A program made the position numbers and the translations under genes. Shown here in pieces: positions 10,468 through 22,354 of a stretch of 64,000 nucleotides of DNA. Below the pieces are notes generated by a model. It did not search any database. It saw only the letters and a list, made by a program, of their open reading frames with translations, and was not told the origin of the DNA. Where the stretch lies: the NCBI GenBank assembly GCA_950097015.1, contig CATNEN010000030.1:868001-932000 (forward strand), written 5' to 3'. The stretch is from Macrostomum hystrix (Eukaryota; Animalia; Platyhelminthes). Numbering within the stretch: the stretch's first letter is position 1; each line of letters begins with the position of its first letter.

Positions 10468-13400
10468 ATGTCTTGGCTGATAAAATCCAGATTTTGTACA
10501 CAAAACTATACAAAATTATCTAAATTGTATAACAAGGCTTCTACTTTTTCTTCTACATTGACACAAAGGTAGGTGAGATTGTTTTTTTAAAACTATTTTA
10601 ACTACTTTTATAATCTGTTGTATACAGAAAAATGCAAGATTGAAAACACATCTTTTTAATATAAAGACTTCATATGAAGAATTCTCAATTTCCTATTCCT
10701 ATTTCCAGGCGTTCATTATCCTCATCAGACAGTGCTACTCCATCATCAGCCCAGGTGGTAATCATTGGTGGTGGCTCTATTGGATGCTCAATGCTCTACC
10801 ACTTGACTAAGATGGGACTTCGGGATGTAGTACTGCTGGAGAAGGATGCATTGACAGCTGGAACCACCTGGCACACTGCTGGTAGGGGCCAACTTGCATA
10901 ATTGGGTTAGACCAGCTAATTGATCTAGCTAGACTTGAAATTCGAATGCAACCTAACTCTAAATTGCAGGTCTGGTTTGGCATCTAAGGCCGTCGGATAC
11001 AGACATTGCATTGCTGACCTATGGTTGGGATCTGATGAAATCTCTGGAGTCTGAGACTGGTGTTAGCACGGGCTATATACAGAATGGCGGACTATTCATA
11101 GCTAACAATGAGAAACGACTATTGGAGTACAAACAGATGCACACTGTGAGACTGCCTTGGCTGGCTTGTTCCCGGTACCCCAGTATCACATGTTAATCCC
11201 TGTAACAAGTAGCTTTATAGCCCAGCGGTCGAATGGTCGCGAGTTTGAATCTTAGCAGAAAGAAGCTATGTGTGTCTTCGAGCAAGACGCTTAATTCCTC
11301 ATTGACTTCAGTTCAACCAGCCGCAAAATAAGAACCAGCATAAGCTGGGCTGGAAATAAGGAAGGAGGTGGCGGCCTCCCCCCCAGTTGGGTCTACGAGG
11401 TTTGCCAGCCAGAAGGTTGCCAGCCGGAACGTTGCCAGCCAGAAGTTTGCCAGCCGAGAAGTTTGCCAGCCGAGAGGTTTGCCAGCCGGAAGGTTGCCAG
11501 CCAGAAGTTTGCCAGCCGAGAGGTTTGCCAGTTTGTCCCATTCCCCCCATTATTCAAGAGTTTGACTCAACTCCCTCTCCCCTCCATTTAACCGTTTCAG
11601 CGTTGATTACTTTCAGGTAGACAATCAGAAAAGCCAGACGTGACTAGTCAGAAAAACATTCTCCTTTCTATTTCCAGATCAGCTAGTTGCTCAAAAAACT
11701 TCAACGAGCCAGCCGAGTCACCGAGCCCTTATTTCATATTGATTTCGATTGAGAGGACGAAATTATGCCGCAGAAATATGTAACAGTAATTATCTTCAGG
11801 AACTCAGAACCCCCACCCCCTATCGTGAGTTCCCAAAAACAAAAAAGACAGAAAATTGTATTACACATTATTACAGACTCTTGTACAAAACTATTATTAC
11901 TGCTTTATTACTACGCTATTACACATGATGGCACGTGCAAAGAGTTGGAACTGTGTGAGGAAAAATGCAACTCAATGCAGTAAAAATAATTCGGTGCAAC
12001 AGCGCAACAAAATGTTTCTGTGTAACTCAAGCCGGGAAAAACTGTATTACAAAAAGCAGCACCACAAAAAGGTAGTTAAGCATTCGCCATCATCAGCTTC
12101 TGGGCAAAAGCGACTCTAAAAGTTGCTAGTGCTTACTTGTATTAAGTACAATTCATCCTTCTTTAATTACTTCGGAACTTTTAAAAGCATTTTCATTATT
12201 AAGAGTGCCACCCAAGGCCAAGATAGTAAAAATAAAATATACTGAAATAAGGGACCGAACTGCAAATGTAAGAGAAACTGACAAAAACAGCAGCACGCTA
12301 AAAGTTTGAACTCGTCTAACTTGTGCCTCACAATTTGCAACGAATGTGATTATATAAAGATTATCCCCTGGTCTTTTACCTGTAAAACAATTATGTCACT
12401 ATTTCACCGCAGTATTGACAGCTTGTCATTTGATAAACAATTGCCAGCTATTACTTGCTCAAGTGCTGGCCGATGCCCCTCAGGAAGGAGCGCAACGGAA
12501 AGTCAGCTGGCAGTCCACCGTCATTCCAGCGTTGCGTGATGCGCAGGACCATCGCGTTTCTCTGCGCGTACTTCTGCCTCTCTTGTGGCACTTCGCCCGC
12601 GGCAGCTCGCTGCATCAGTAGGCGCTGATGGTCTTGTTCCTTTTTGAGGCAGCTGAGTAGCCTGAAGACTTGCGGACTGCTGCACGCGAGCACGACTTGA
12701 AGCCTTCGATGCCAAGCTTCCACACAGTTGTTGGTCCGATGCCGACCCTCAAGCGTGCGCTGACGGACGTTCCAGAAGGCTAGTTCAAACCTTGGTTGCC
12801 GCCTCTGGCCATTTGGAAGACGCCGACCAATCCATTGATCCTCAAAGTAATTCGCCACCGGCGTGAGCTGCTCTGGGAAACCAGGCATCATTATCAGCTT
12901 GTCAAACGATGTGGCGACGGAGTCAATGGGCACAAATGCCAGAGCAGTGAGGCAGCGCATCCAGAGCGATGTTTCCCCATCGTCCTGCTCCAGCTGTTGC
13001 TTTAGGCCTTCAGATATGGCCTTGCGGTACACGCACTGCCCTAGGTGAAATAGACACCCAGACGCGACAATGTCAAAAACGTGCCTGATGGCGTTCATGT
13101 GCGCTCGCTCGAAGTCGGCCATCCACCTGATTGGCTGCATATTTGGTGCAAGATGGAAAAGCGTCTCGTAAAATCGCTGGTAAGTTTCTTGCGTCTTGTT
13201 AGGCAACAAGGCGTAAATAAGTGGCCGAACAAACCCATGCCGCTCAACGTGGACTGTCATCAACTGAGCAAACAAAGTCGGAGAAGTGTTGTACCGGTCG
13301 TCCTGCTAACAATGCGGGATCCGGCGAACTCCAATATGAAGTCCAAGAATACTAGGTAGTGTAGTAGTAGCGCTGCCACCAGGGCGTCAGGACTTCTGCC

Positions 13401-16400
13401 TTCGGTGAGGTGAAGGATCCTTGGCCCGAAAGAGATAAAGTCACGAAGTCTTGAGGAGCGCACACCGTGCAGAGTTTCAGTCGCAACTAAAGGCTGTCAG
13501 TGTCCTGCGTAGCTCGGGTGGTGGGGGGAAGGCTAAGTTAGTTTCGGGACTTAACCAGAACTGAGCTTGCGAGCAGTCACACGCAGAGACTGAAGTGGGA
13601 ACTTAGACACTGATGGCACTGTGACTATAACAAGGTCGGAGTATCGCTATTAGAAAAGAACCAGAACCGAACAACAGCTATGAACTCTTTAAGAGCCAGA
13701 GAGCGGGGCTTTCCTTTTATAGGCAAGGGCCTCCCATAGGGTCAGTGCAGAGTTAGAAAACACGTGATGGAATCACGTGGTTTCTAAAAATAGCAACTGA
13801 CGTCAGTGGCGTCAGAAACGTCACTCCTACGTAGGATCCTGTCCCATAATCAAAGCCCCAAGTGCAGTAAACATGTTTACGTGCACTTTAAAAGACAAAG
13901 TGAGAGGCCAGTCACATGAGGAGAATCACGTGCTGACTGAGTGCAGACAGACATACAAAGAAAAGGACAGGGGACAACGAAGCCAGCGCGGGACAAAGAG
14001 GTGATGACTCATCCCTGGGGAGAGAGAACACACTCAAAGTACAGGCGCGGCTGGGGAAGGGAGGGGCAGAGAGAGACAGACCAGACAACGCCAGAGAGGG
14101 CGGGCCGGGCAGCCACTCAATGCCAACAAAGGGGACACCTTAGCTACCTTGTAGGTGGGGCTACTGACAGCTAGTGAGACACCAATAGGCCCCTAAGCAG
14201 TGGCTCACTACAGAAGCATCGAATGTTCCATCCGAGTAGAAATCACTTGCTTCTTGCAGAAAGCCGAGGCTTTCTTCGCAACCGAAAATCAGGATCCGAT
14301 CCGCCGTAGGTCCAGAATCGTGGAGTAGAAACCGCTGTCCATTGTGCTGTTGAAAATCTTGAGGGAGAACCAGCTCAGCTCGGCTGGTTGGTTGGATGGG
14401 CAAGCCCTGAACCACTTTACGGGTAGATTGGACCATTTTCTTCAGCGCGGCTTGATTGGCAATGGCGACGGCTGAGGCCTCAGGGAGATATAGTATTCTC
14501 CATGATGATGGTTGTTGTTGGGTTATGAGTAGTAGCAGCGTCTCGCTTCATACCGCGTATGGCTTCTAGAGCAGGAAAACGAGCACCATCTGGCCCGTGA
14601 TTGTGCTGATGCAGCTGCTCAACCTTCATGCCGTCGCGCACTTGAATACAAACGGGGCACGAATCGTGCCGGCCTTGCTCACATTGCCAGAAACTAAGGG
14701 CTTCGTCCAATTTGCTGACCTTTTCGAAAACAGTAGTATCCTTCACATGCAAGTTTCGGTTTGCCTCGCTTTGTAGTGGTCGCGCGAACCGGTGTTTCGT
14801 CCATGATGTCTCTTTCTCTCAAAAGCAATGCCTTGCAAAGTCAGACGAAGCTACGAGTATATATTTCGTCCACACACAACACACCGCCCACCCACCCCTA
14901 ATCCCTTCACGCAGACAGCCCTAGCGAGTTTTATGACCCCGTGCAAACCAAAGCAACACAGCCCCCCAGTTCAGTCTTAGCTTAGCCCAGCCCAAGGATC
15001 TAAATTTTGGCTCACGTTCCCCTCACTGCGTCCTCATTGGCTGAACCATGGATGAAAGAGACAACCTGGATAGCCAAACCCCCCTCAATGTACACTTAAT
15101 GCCCGTGCCCTGAGGCCTCCTTCCCGAACCCCGTTCCCTCCCTCCCTCCCCAAGGGCCTACCACCTCCTCCAACTATATTGAACTTTGGGCCATCTTTGG
15201 AACTGCCATAGCTTTGCTCCACATTGGCAGATTTCGTTCAAATTTCACACAATTATTTCCGAACTATTGATCTCTCTACCTGTAAAATTTGAATCGCTCA
15301 ACTTAGTCAGAGCGGATGCTGTGAAGGACTAGAGATGGGTGGATTTTACACCCTCGGCCCAAGGCAGCGCAGCTGCGTGAGTCATCCTGCATTGCCCACC
15401 CCCCAACGCAGGGGCTGTCTCAAGGACAGAAAGCTACCAGCCAATAGGAACTCTCCCAAGATGAACGCCTGGGCTGGTGGGCTGGGGGAAAGGCCTAAGT
15501 AATTTTAACACTTTTCGCCTCGAAGATAGCGAGGCTTGCCTTCCATTTACCTTACATTCTCACTCAATTCATTTTATTCTTCCTTATGCGAAGGAAAGCA
15601 ATCATGTTGCAGTGCAGCCACATTGCAAGTCGACAATGTCAACGCTATGACACAAATTCTCATTACGCTGCCTTACCTTCACATTTGAGACGTGTTAGCA
15701 TAGCAACATGCTCCTGCTACTGTTACAGACGCTGCTGGCCATATGCAGTTGGAAGATATGCTTTGTGCCCTCCGTTCTGAATCACTGATTGTAGTGAGAC
15801 CAAATTGTTGCTGGTGAGAGACATCCTGGACAACGTCATAGCAAACTGTCCAGCAGCTGGCAAACTTCTGGCTGGCAAACCTCTCGGCTGGCAACCTTCC
15901 GGCTGGCAAACCTCTCGGCTGGCAAACTTCTGGCTGGCAACCTTCCGGCTGGCAACCTTCGGCTGGCAAACCTCGTACTCCCCCCCAGTCCATGGACTGA
16001 ACAGCTGAACACAGCTTTTAAATGCGCCTTTGCATTGCTGCGGCTGAGAGACATCTGGCCCAACTGGGCTAGTTGTAATTTCTATTTGTATCTTGAGCCC
16101 CCTGTACTTTCAGCTCGGAAAGTGGTTCGGCATCGAGTCTTACATCCTTAGTCCAGCTGAGGCCAAGCAGCTCTATCCGCTGATGAATGTGTCCGATATG
16201 GTTGGCGCGCTTCATTCACCAACTGATGGCACAATTGATCCGGCAGGCTATTGTAACGCGTTGTCCAGGGCCTCGGCCAAGATGGGAGGAAAGGTAGTTT
16301 AAAAAATTGATGTGACAGCTGAAGGAATGGGTGTGACAGCTGATGGAATGGGTGTGACAGCTGAAGGAATGCGTGTGACAGCTGATGGAATGGGTGTGAC

Positions 16401-19400
16401 ATCTGAAGGAATGGGTGTGACAGCTGATGGAATGGGTGTGACAGCTAAGGAGATGGATTTGACAGCTGAGGAGATGGATTTGACAGCTGAGGGAAAGGGT
16501 GTGACAGCAGAGGGAATGGGTGTGACAGCTGAGGGAATGGGTGTGACAGCTGAAGGAATGGGTGTGACAGCTGAGGGAATGGGTGTGACAGCTGAGGAGA
16601 TGGATTTGACAGCTGAAGGAATGGGTGTGACAGCTGAAGGAATGGGTGTGACAGCTGAAGGAATGGGTGTGACAGCTGAAGGAATGGGTGTGACAGCTGA
16701 GGGAATGGGTGTGACAGCTGAAGGAATGGGTGTGACAGCTGAAGGAATGGGTGTGACAGCTGATGGAATGGGTGTGACAGCTGAAGGAATGGGTGTGACA
16801 GCTGAAGGAATGGGTGTGACAGCTGATGAAATGGGTGTGACAGCTGATGGAATGGGTGTGACAGCTGAGGAGATGGATTTGACAGCTGAGGGAAAGGGTG
16901 TGACAGCTGAGGGAAAGGGTGTGACAGCTGAGGGAATGGGTGTGACAGCTGAGGGAATGGGTGTGACAGCTGAGGGAATGGGTGTGACAGCTGAGGGAAT
17001 GGGTGTGTCAGCTGAGGAGATGGATTTGACAGCTGAAGGAATGGGTGTGACAGCTGAAGGAATGGGTGTGACAGCTGAGGGAATGGGTGTGACAGTTGAG
17101 GGAATGGGTGTGACAACTGAGGGAATGGATTTAACAGCTTAGGGAATGGATTTAACACTTGAGGGAATGGATTTAACACTTGAGGGAATGCATTTTACAG
17201 TTGAGGGAATGGATTTGACAGCTTAGGAAATGGATTTGACAGTTGAGGGAATGGATTTAACAGTTGAAGAAATGGATTTAACAGTTGAGGGAATGGATTT
17301 TACAGCTTAGGAAATGGATTTGACAGTTGAGTGAATGGATTTAACAGTTGAAGGAATGGATTTAACAGTTGAGGGAATGGATTTGACAGCTGAGGGAATG
17401 GATTTTACAGCTTAGGAAATGGATTTGACAGCTTAGGGAATGTATTTAACAGTTGAGGGAATGGATTTAACAGTTGAGGGAATGGATTTGACAGCTTAGG
17501 GAATGTATTTAACAGCTGAGGGAATGGATTTAACAGTTGAAGGAATGGATTTAACAGTTGAGGGAATGGATTTGACAGCTGAGGGAATGGATTTTACAGC
17601 TTAGGAAATGGATTTGACAGCTTAGGGAATGTATTTAACAGTTGAGGGAATGGATTTAACAGTTGAGGGAATGGATTTGACAGCTTAGGGAATGTATTTA
17701 ACAGCTGAGGGAATGGATTTGACAGCTGAGGGAGTTTGTGTGACAGCTCTATTTATTAATAATGTATATATTGAATAGGTGCTTTGGACTAGTCCTTTTG
17801 TCTTATCTAAAAATGTATTGTATCGTCCACAGACTGTACTTGGCTGTCGCGTCACTGGCATTGAAACATTCGTAGACGAATTCGGTGTTAGGCGCATCAG
17901 AAAAGTGCAAACAAACAAGGGCGACATTGTCACATCGTGCATTGTCAACGCCTCTGGTAATTAACTAATCAAGTTGGATTTTTTCGCATTGATTTTTCAC
18001 AGCCGTATTGAATTTTGATCGCATTATCCCCTGTTTCCAGGCGTCTGGGCGCCCGCAATCGGCCGTTTAGCCGGAGTCTCCGTGCCCCAGGTGGCCATGC
18101 GTCACGCCTACATTGTGACGGAGCGCATTGAAGGCATTCAGAACATGCCAAACACTCGCGATCATGACGCCTCTGTTTATCTTCGCCTGCAGGGCGACGC
18201 CTTGTCTGTCGGCGGCTATGAACCGAACCCGATCTTCCTGGACTCTGTCCCGCCAGAGTTTGCGTTCGGCCTTTACGAACTAGACTGGGACGTGTTCGCC
18301 TGTCACATTCGCGGCGCAGTCAACCGGGTGCCGGCTGTTGGCGAGGTCGGCGTCAAGTCCACCGTCTGCGGCCCGGAGTCCTTCACGCCAGACGGCCGGC
18401 CTCTGCTAGGCGAAGATGCCGACTTGCGCGGATTCTATCACGCCTCGGCCTATAATTCTGGCGGCATGATGTACTCTGGCGGAACAGCCAAAGAGTTGGC
18501 CAAATGGATTGTTAAAGGCCGACCGGAGTTAGACATGTTCGCCTTCGATGTTAAACGATTCCGGCCCAGCCTGGCAAAAAACTCCCAATGGTTAAAGGAG
18601 CGATCCCACGAGACCTACGCCAAGCACTACTCGGTGCACTATCATCACGATGAGCCTCTGGCTGGCCGTCTGCTCACCAGGCGCAGTCCACTGCACAGTC
18701 GACTGACAGCGGCTGGCTGCGTCTATCAGGAGCGGCACGGCTTTGAAAGGCCCGGCTGGTTTCACTGCAGGCCTGCCGAGGTGCGGCCATGGGCTTTTTT
18801 CCTGTCTCTCAATGTCTCATCCCCTCTGTTTCTCTGTCTCTCAATGTCTCATCCTCTCTGTTTCTCTGTCTCTCAATGTCTCATCCTCTCTGTTTCTCTG
18901 TCTCTCAATGTCTCATCCTCTCTTTTTCTCTGTCTCTCAATGTCTCATCCTCTCTGTTTCTCTGTCTCTCAATGTCTCATCCTCTCTGTTTCTCTGTCAA
19001 TCAATGTCTCATCCTCTCTGTTTCTCTGTCTCTCAATGTCTCATCCCCTCTGTTTCTCTGTCTCTCAATGTCCTCATCCTCTCTGTTTCTCTGTCTCTCA
19101 ATGTCTCATCCTCCTCTGTTTCTCTGTCTCTCAATGTCTCATCCTCTCTGTTTCTCTGTCATCTCAATGTCTCATCCTCTCTGTTTCTCTGTCTCTCAAT
19201 GTCTCATCCTCTCTGTTTCTCTGTCTCTCAATGTCTCATCCTCTCTGTTTCTCTGTCTCTCAATGTCTCATCCTCTCTGTTTCTCTGTCTCTCAATGTCT
19301 CATCCTCTCTGTTTCTCTGTCTCTCAATGTCTCATCCTCTCTGTTTCTCTGTCTCTCAATGTCTCATCCTCTCTGTTTCTCTGTCTCTCAATGTCTCATC

Positions 19401-21607
19401 CCCTCTGTTTCTCTGTCTCTCAATGTCTCATCCTCTCTGTTTCTGTCTCTCAATGTCTCATCCTCTCTGTTTCTCATGTCTCTCCGCTCTGTTCTGTCTC
19501 TAATGTCTCATCCCTCTGTTTCTCTGTCTCTCAATGTCTCATCCTCTCTGTTTCTCTGTCTCTCAATGTCTCATCCTCTCTGTTTCTCTGTCTCTCAATG
19601 TCTCATCCCTCTGTTCTCTGTCTCTCAATGTCTCATCTTCTCTGTTTCTCTGTCTCTCAATGTCTCATCCTCTCTGTTTCTTTGCCTTTTTGATTGTTCG
19701 CTATCTACATTTTCTGTGAATGCGCCATTACTTATCTGTCAAGTTGCTAAGTAGTATATAAGGGATGATCGTCCCGTCGCGCTTCTCCTGAACAGATAGG
19801 CGACTATCGCTACTACGGTCAATATGGACACTCTGAGCACGACAATTACGAATACGCGCGCTGCCTAACAATGGACTATACATTCTCGGCGCCTGAGCAG
19901 GAGGCCGCTCTGCGTCTTGAGTGCCTGAAATGCCGCAACTCCGCCGCCGTGTTCGACATGTCCTACTTTGGCAAACTGTTCCTGACTGGGCCCGGGTCCG
20001 CCGACGCTGTCGACTATCTGTTCTCGGCCGACACTCGCCGACCGGCTGGCAGCACCGTCTACACCTGCCTGTTGAATCAAAACGGTGGCGTTGAAGCCGA
20101 CCTGACTGTCTCAGTGTTGAAGCCCGGCTCAGAGTATTACCTGGCCATTGGCGGAGCTGCCGCTCTGTACGTTAAAGACTACCTGCTGCGGGTCATGCAG
20201 GACAGAGGCTGGTTAGCCGGTCATCGGCGTTGTCAACTCGTCGATCGCTCCGAAGATATGGCCCTCATCAGCGTCCAGGGCCCGGCTTCGCGTCGACTCC
20301 TGGCTGGACTAATCGACGGAAGCGACGGCGCCGCCTTTCTGTCAGACGAGGCCTTCCCGTTCGGCCAGTGCAGGCGGGCCAGCGTGGCGGGCAGGCCGGC
20401 TCTCCTGCTGCGCGTGTCCTTCGTTGGCGAGCTGGGCTGGGAGCTGCATGTGGCTAACGAGGACGCTCCGGCTGTCTATGACGCCATTATGGCTGCCGGA
20501 CAGCCTATTGGCGTTGTTAACGCCGGATACAGGTGATTGGTAACTCTTTGTTCGGTGTCTGCCTGCTTTTGGCTGTCTAGTCTTTGTTCACTGTCTGCAT
20601 GCGTATGATTAGCTAGTCTTTGTTCGGTGTCTTTGTCTGATTACTTAACCTTAGTTCGGTGTCTGTGTTATTCTGACTAGTCATTGTTTTCACAAAGACA
20701 AGTTCTAAGGATGAGATACAAAGTGATAAGCGTTCGCTTTTGTGTTTGCGTTCGATCAATTAGTCTTTGTTTGGCTTCCGTTCATGTTTGATTGTTCAGT
20801 CTTTGTTTGGCTTCCGTTCATGTTTGATTGTTCAGTCTTTGTTTGGCTTCCGTTCATGTTTGATTGTTCAGTCTTTGTTTGGCTTCCGTTCATGTTTGAT
20901 TGTTCAGTCTTTGTTTGGCTTCCGTTCATGTTTGATTGTTCAGTCTTTGTTTGGCTTCCGTTCATGTTTGATTGTTCAGTCTTTGTTTGGCTTCCGTTCA
21001 TGTTTGATTGTTCAGTCTTTGTTTGGTGTATTTGTGTCTGATTGACTAGTCTTATCGGCTTCAGTTTTCAGTTTTTAATTTTCCAACAGCGTCAGTCTTT
21101 GTCATCTTAAATCACTGCAGAGCCCTGGACAGCCTCAGCTGCGAGAAGGGCTACCGGCACGGCCATGTCGACCTGCGAAGCGACGACACGCCTTTAGAAG
21201 CCGGCCTCGCCTTCACCTGCAAGCTGAAGCTCCCGGACAGGCCCTTCCTCGGCCGCGAAGCTCTGGAACGTCAGCGCGCCGACGGCATTAGGAAGCGCCT
21301 AGTCTGCTTGACTCTCGACAATGTCCAGCCTGGCACGCGTCTCCATGGCAACGAACTGGTGCTGCGCAACGGCCAGCCAATCGGCTTCGTCCGACGAGCT
21401 GAGCAAGCCTACTGCCTGAGCGACGGCGCCAACGGCGTTCCCATCGCCTACGCCTACGCGGTGCATCCGAACGGCGGGCCCGTCACGCCGGACTGGCTGA
21501 AATCTGGCAATTATCAGCTAGAGCACCTGGGCCACCTGCATCCGGCACGCCTGCACCTGCGTTCGCCATTCGACCCGGATAACTTGCGCCTGCTGGGCCG
21601 CTACTGA
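10468..21607 (+). CDS. SARDH: Sarcosine dehydrogenase, mitochondrial (905 aa, 8 coding exons)
   Basis: Exons 10468-10568, 10709-10881, 10970-11145, 16114-16293, 17833-17956, 18041-18780, 19796-20532, 21121-21607 sum to 2718 nt in frame with GT-AG junctions. FAD motif [10 protein letters not shown]; covalent-FAD motif TTWHTAG (SARDH type; DMGDH has STWHAAG); GcvT-like C-terminal half; basic, Ser/Thr-rich targeting peptide in exon 1. Confidence 0.95.
12451..14804 (-). pseudogene. MULE transposase, disrupted (FLYWCH domain + DDE domain)
   Basis: [24 protein letters not shown], frameshift, [12 protein letters not shown]...HNH (FLYWCH-like), frameshift ~14485, YSDGTFDAS, [LTR insertion], PTLFAQL...[11 protein letters not shown]...GCLFHLGQ...[10 protein letters not shown]. 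Confidence 0.9.
13287..14212 (-). mobile_element. Solo LTR (926 bp), probably Gypsy-type
   Basis: TG...CA termini with short inverted ends (TGTTGT/TGTAGT); 4-bp TSD GAAG at 13283-13286 and 14213-14216; removing it restores the in-frame transposase [14 protein letters not shown]; TATAAAAGG on the minus strand ~13718. Confidence 0.85.
16310..17750. repeat. Intronic minisatellite, 21 bp unit (GTGACAGCTGAAGGAATGGGT), SARDH intron 4
   Basis: Tandem copies with a drifting variant in the 3' half; explains the GVTAEGM ORF. Confidence 0.95.
18800..19690. repeat. Intronic minisatellite, 32 bp pyrimidine-rich unit, SARDH intron 6
   Basis: TCTCTCAATGTCTCATCCTCTCTGTTTCTCTG tandem copies. Confidence 0.95.
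20763..21030. repeat. Intronic minisatellite, 36 bp unit, SARDH intron 7
   Basis: GTCTTTGTTTGGCTTCCGTTCATGTTTGATTGTTCA tandem copies; degenerate copies from ~20545. Confidence 0.95.
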
Positions 21608-22354
21608 ATTGGACTCGACAATACAAACACCCAAATAACATTCTTCCAGATCCTCAGACAGTTATGAGAAACGTTTTTTGTTCTTTCTACGTCCTCAAAA
21701 ATTTTACGAAATCCTTCCATTAAGAAAATATACACTTTTAATGATTCTTTCTTAATATTCACCTTGAATAGCAATCGTGATCAGTAGTGTGAATAGGACA
21801 TTAGCATATTTTTAAACGACCAATAATCTTTTTTGGAGAGAAATAGTACATTTTCAGATATCCTTAATGAACTTTTCAAATCTATATTTTTCAATATTTA
21901 CTCTGCTCTAAGCCTTTTTTGTTTGTTTTACCGGTATAGTTTCTTGGACTTTTCCGGTGTTTTACGAAACGTTGTCTTTATATCTTTCACGACCGGTTCT
22001 CGTTGAATGACGTGGTTTTTTTATTAAAAACTCCATTATTTTCCATTATAGTAGTGTGTTTTCTGTGGCTGTTTGAATTGTTTTTTTCTGCAATGCCCTC
22101 ATCAATTGAAGTCAAGCATTATATTATTGGTTGAGCTGGTTTCTGCAATTCGCTTTTGTTCCATATTTTTTCTTGCTTTGCTTTTGTCACAATACAAAGA
22201 AACTGGAGGTTGTTTTTCTTCCAGTTGCCTGATTCAAATATTATTGATTGTTTATTTTGCGTGTTTTACTTCTTACTACTAGCGGAAAGTAAATGTCACA
22301 GATTTACAATCTAGGAAGGACATATTAGAATCTCGAGAAACTCGACAATATAGT

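Larger units (their letters stand above)
11388..15980 (-). mobile_element. Mutator-like (MULE; FLYWCH/Phantom-type) DNA transposon with foldback-type TIRs
   Basis: Inverted terminal arrays of a 15-16 bp GGTTTGCCAGCCGA unit (11388-11535, 9 units; 15845-15980, 8 units); 9-bp TSD CCCCCCAGT at 11379-11387 and 15981-15989; internal MULE transposase. Confidence 0.9.
11215..16090 (+). mobile_element. tRNA-derived CORE-like SINE split in two (11215-11387 and 15981-16090) by the MULE insertion
   Basis: Left part has GTGTCTTCGAGCAAGACGCTTAA...CTTCAGTTCAACCAGC; right part resumes CCCCCCAGTCCATGGACTGAACAGC. The two parts are contiguous in the intact copy at 28612-28932. Confidence 0.85.

Noticed and set aside
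16312-17179. Long repetitive ORFs (GVTAEGM)n and (QLSHPF)n resembling structural or antifreeze proteins
   Set aside because: They are translations of a 21-bp intronic array between SARDH exons 4 and 5; splicing around it gives the conserved enzyme sequence
18781-19754. Cys/Ser/Leu-rich extensions of ORFs 18082..19503, 18743..19693 and 18789..19754
   Set aside because: Read-through into the 32-bp intronic array after the GAG|GTGCGG donor at 18781
10468-21607. Dimethylglycine dehydrogenase or PDPR instead of SARDH
   Set aside because: [17 protein letters not shown] and the YYGQYG insert match SARDH as recalled rather than DMGDH or PDPR
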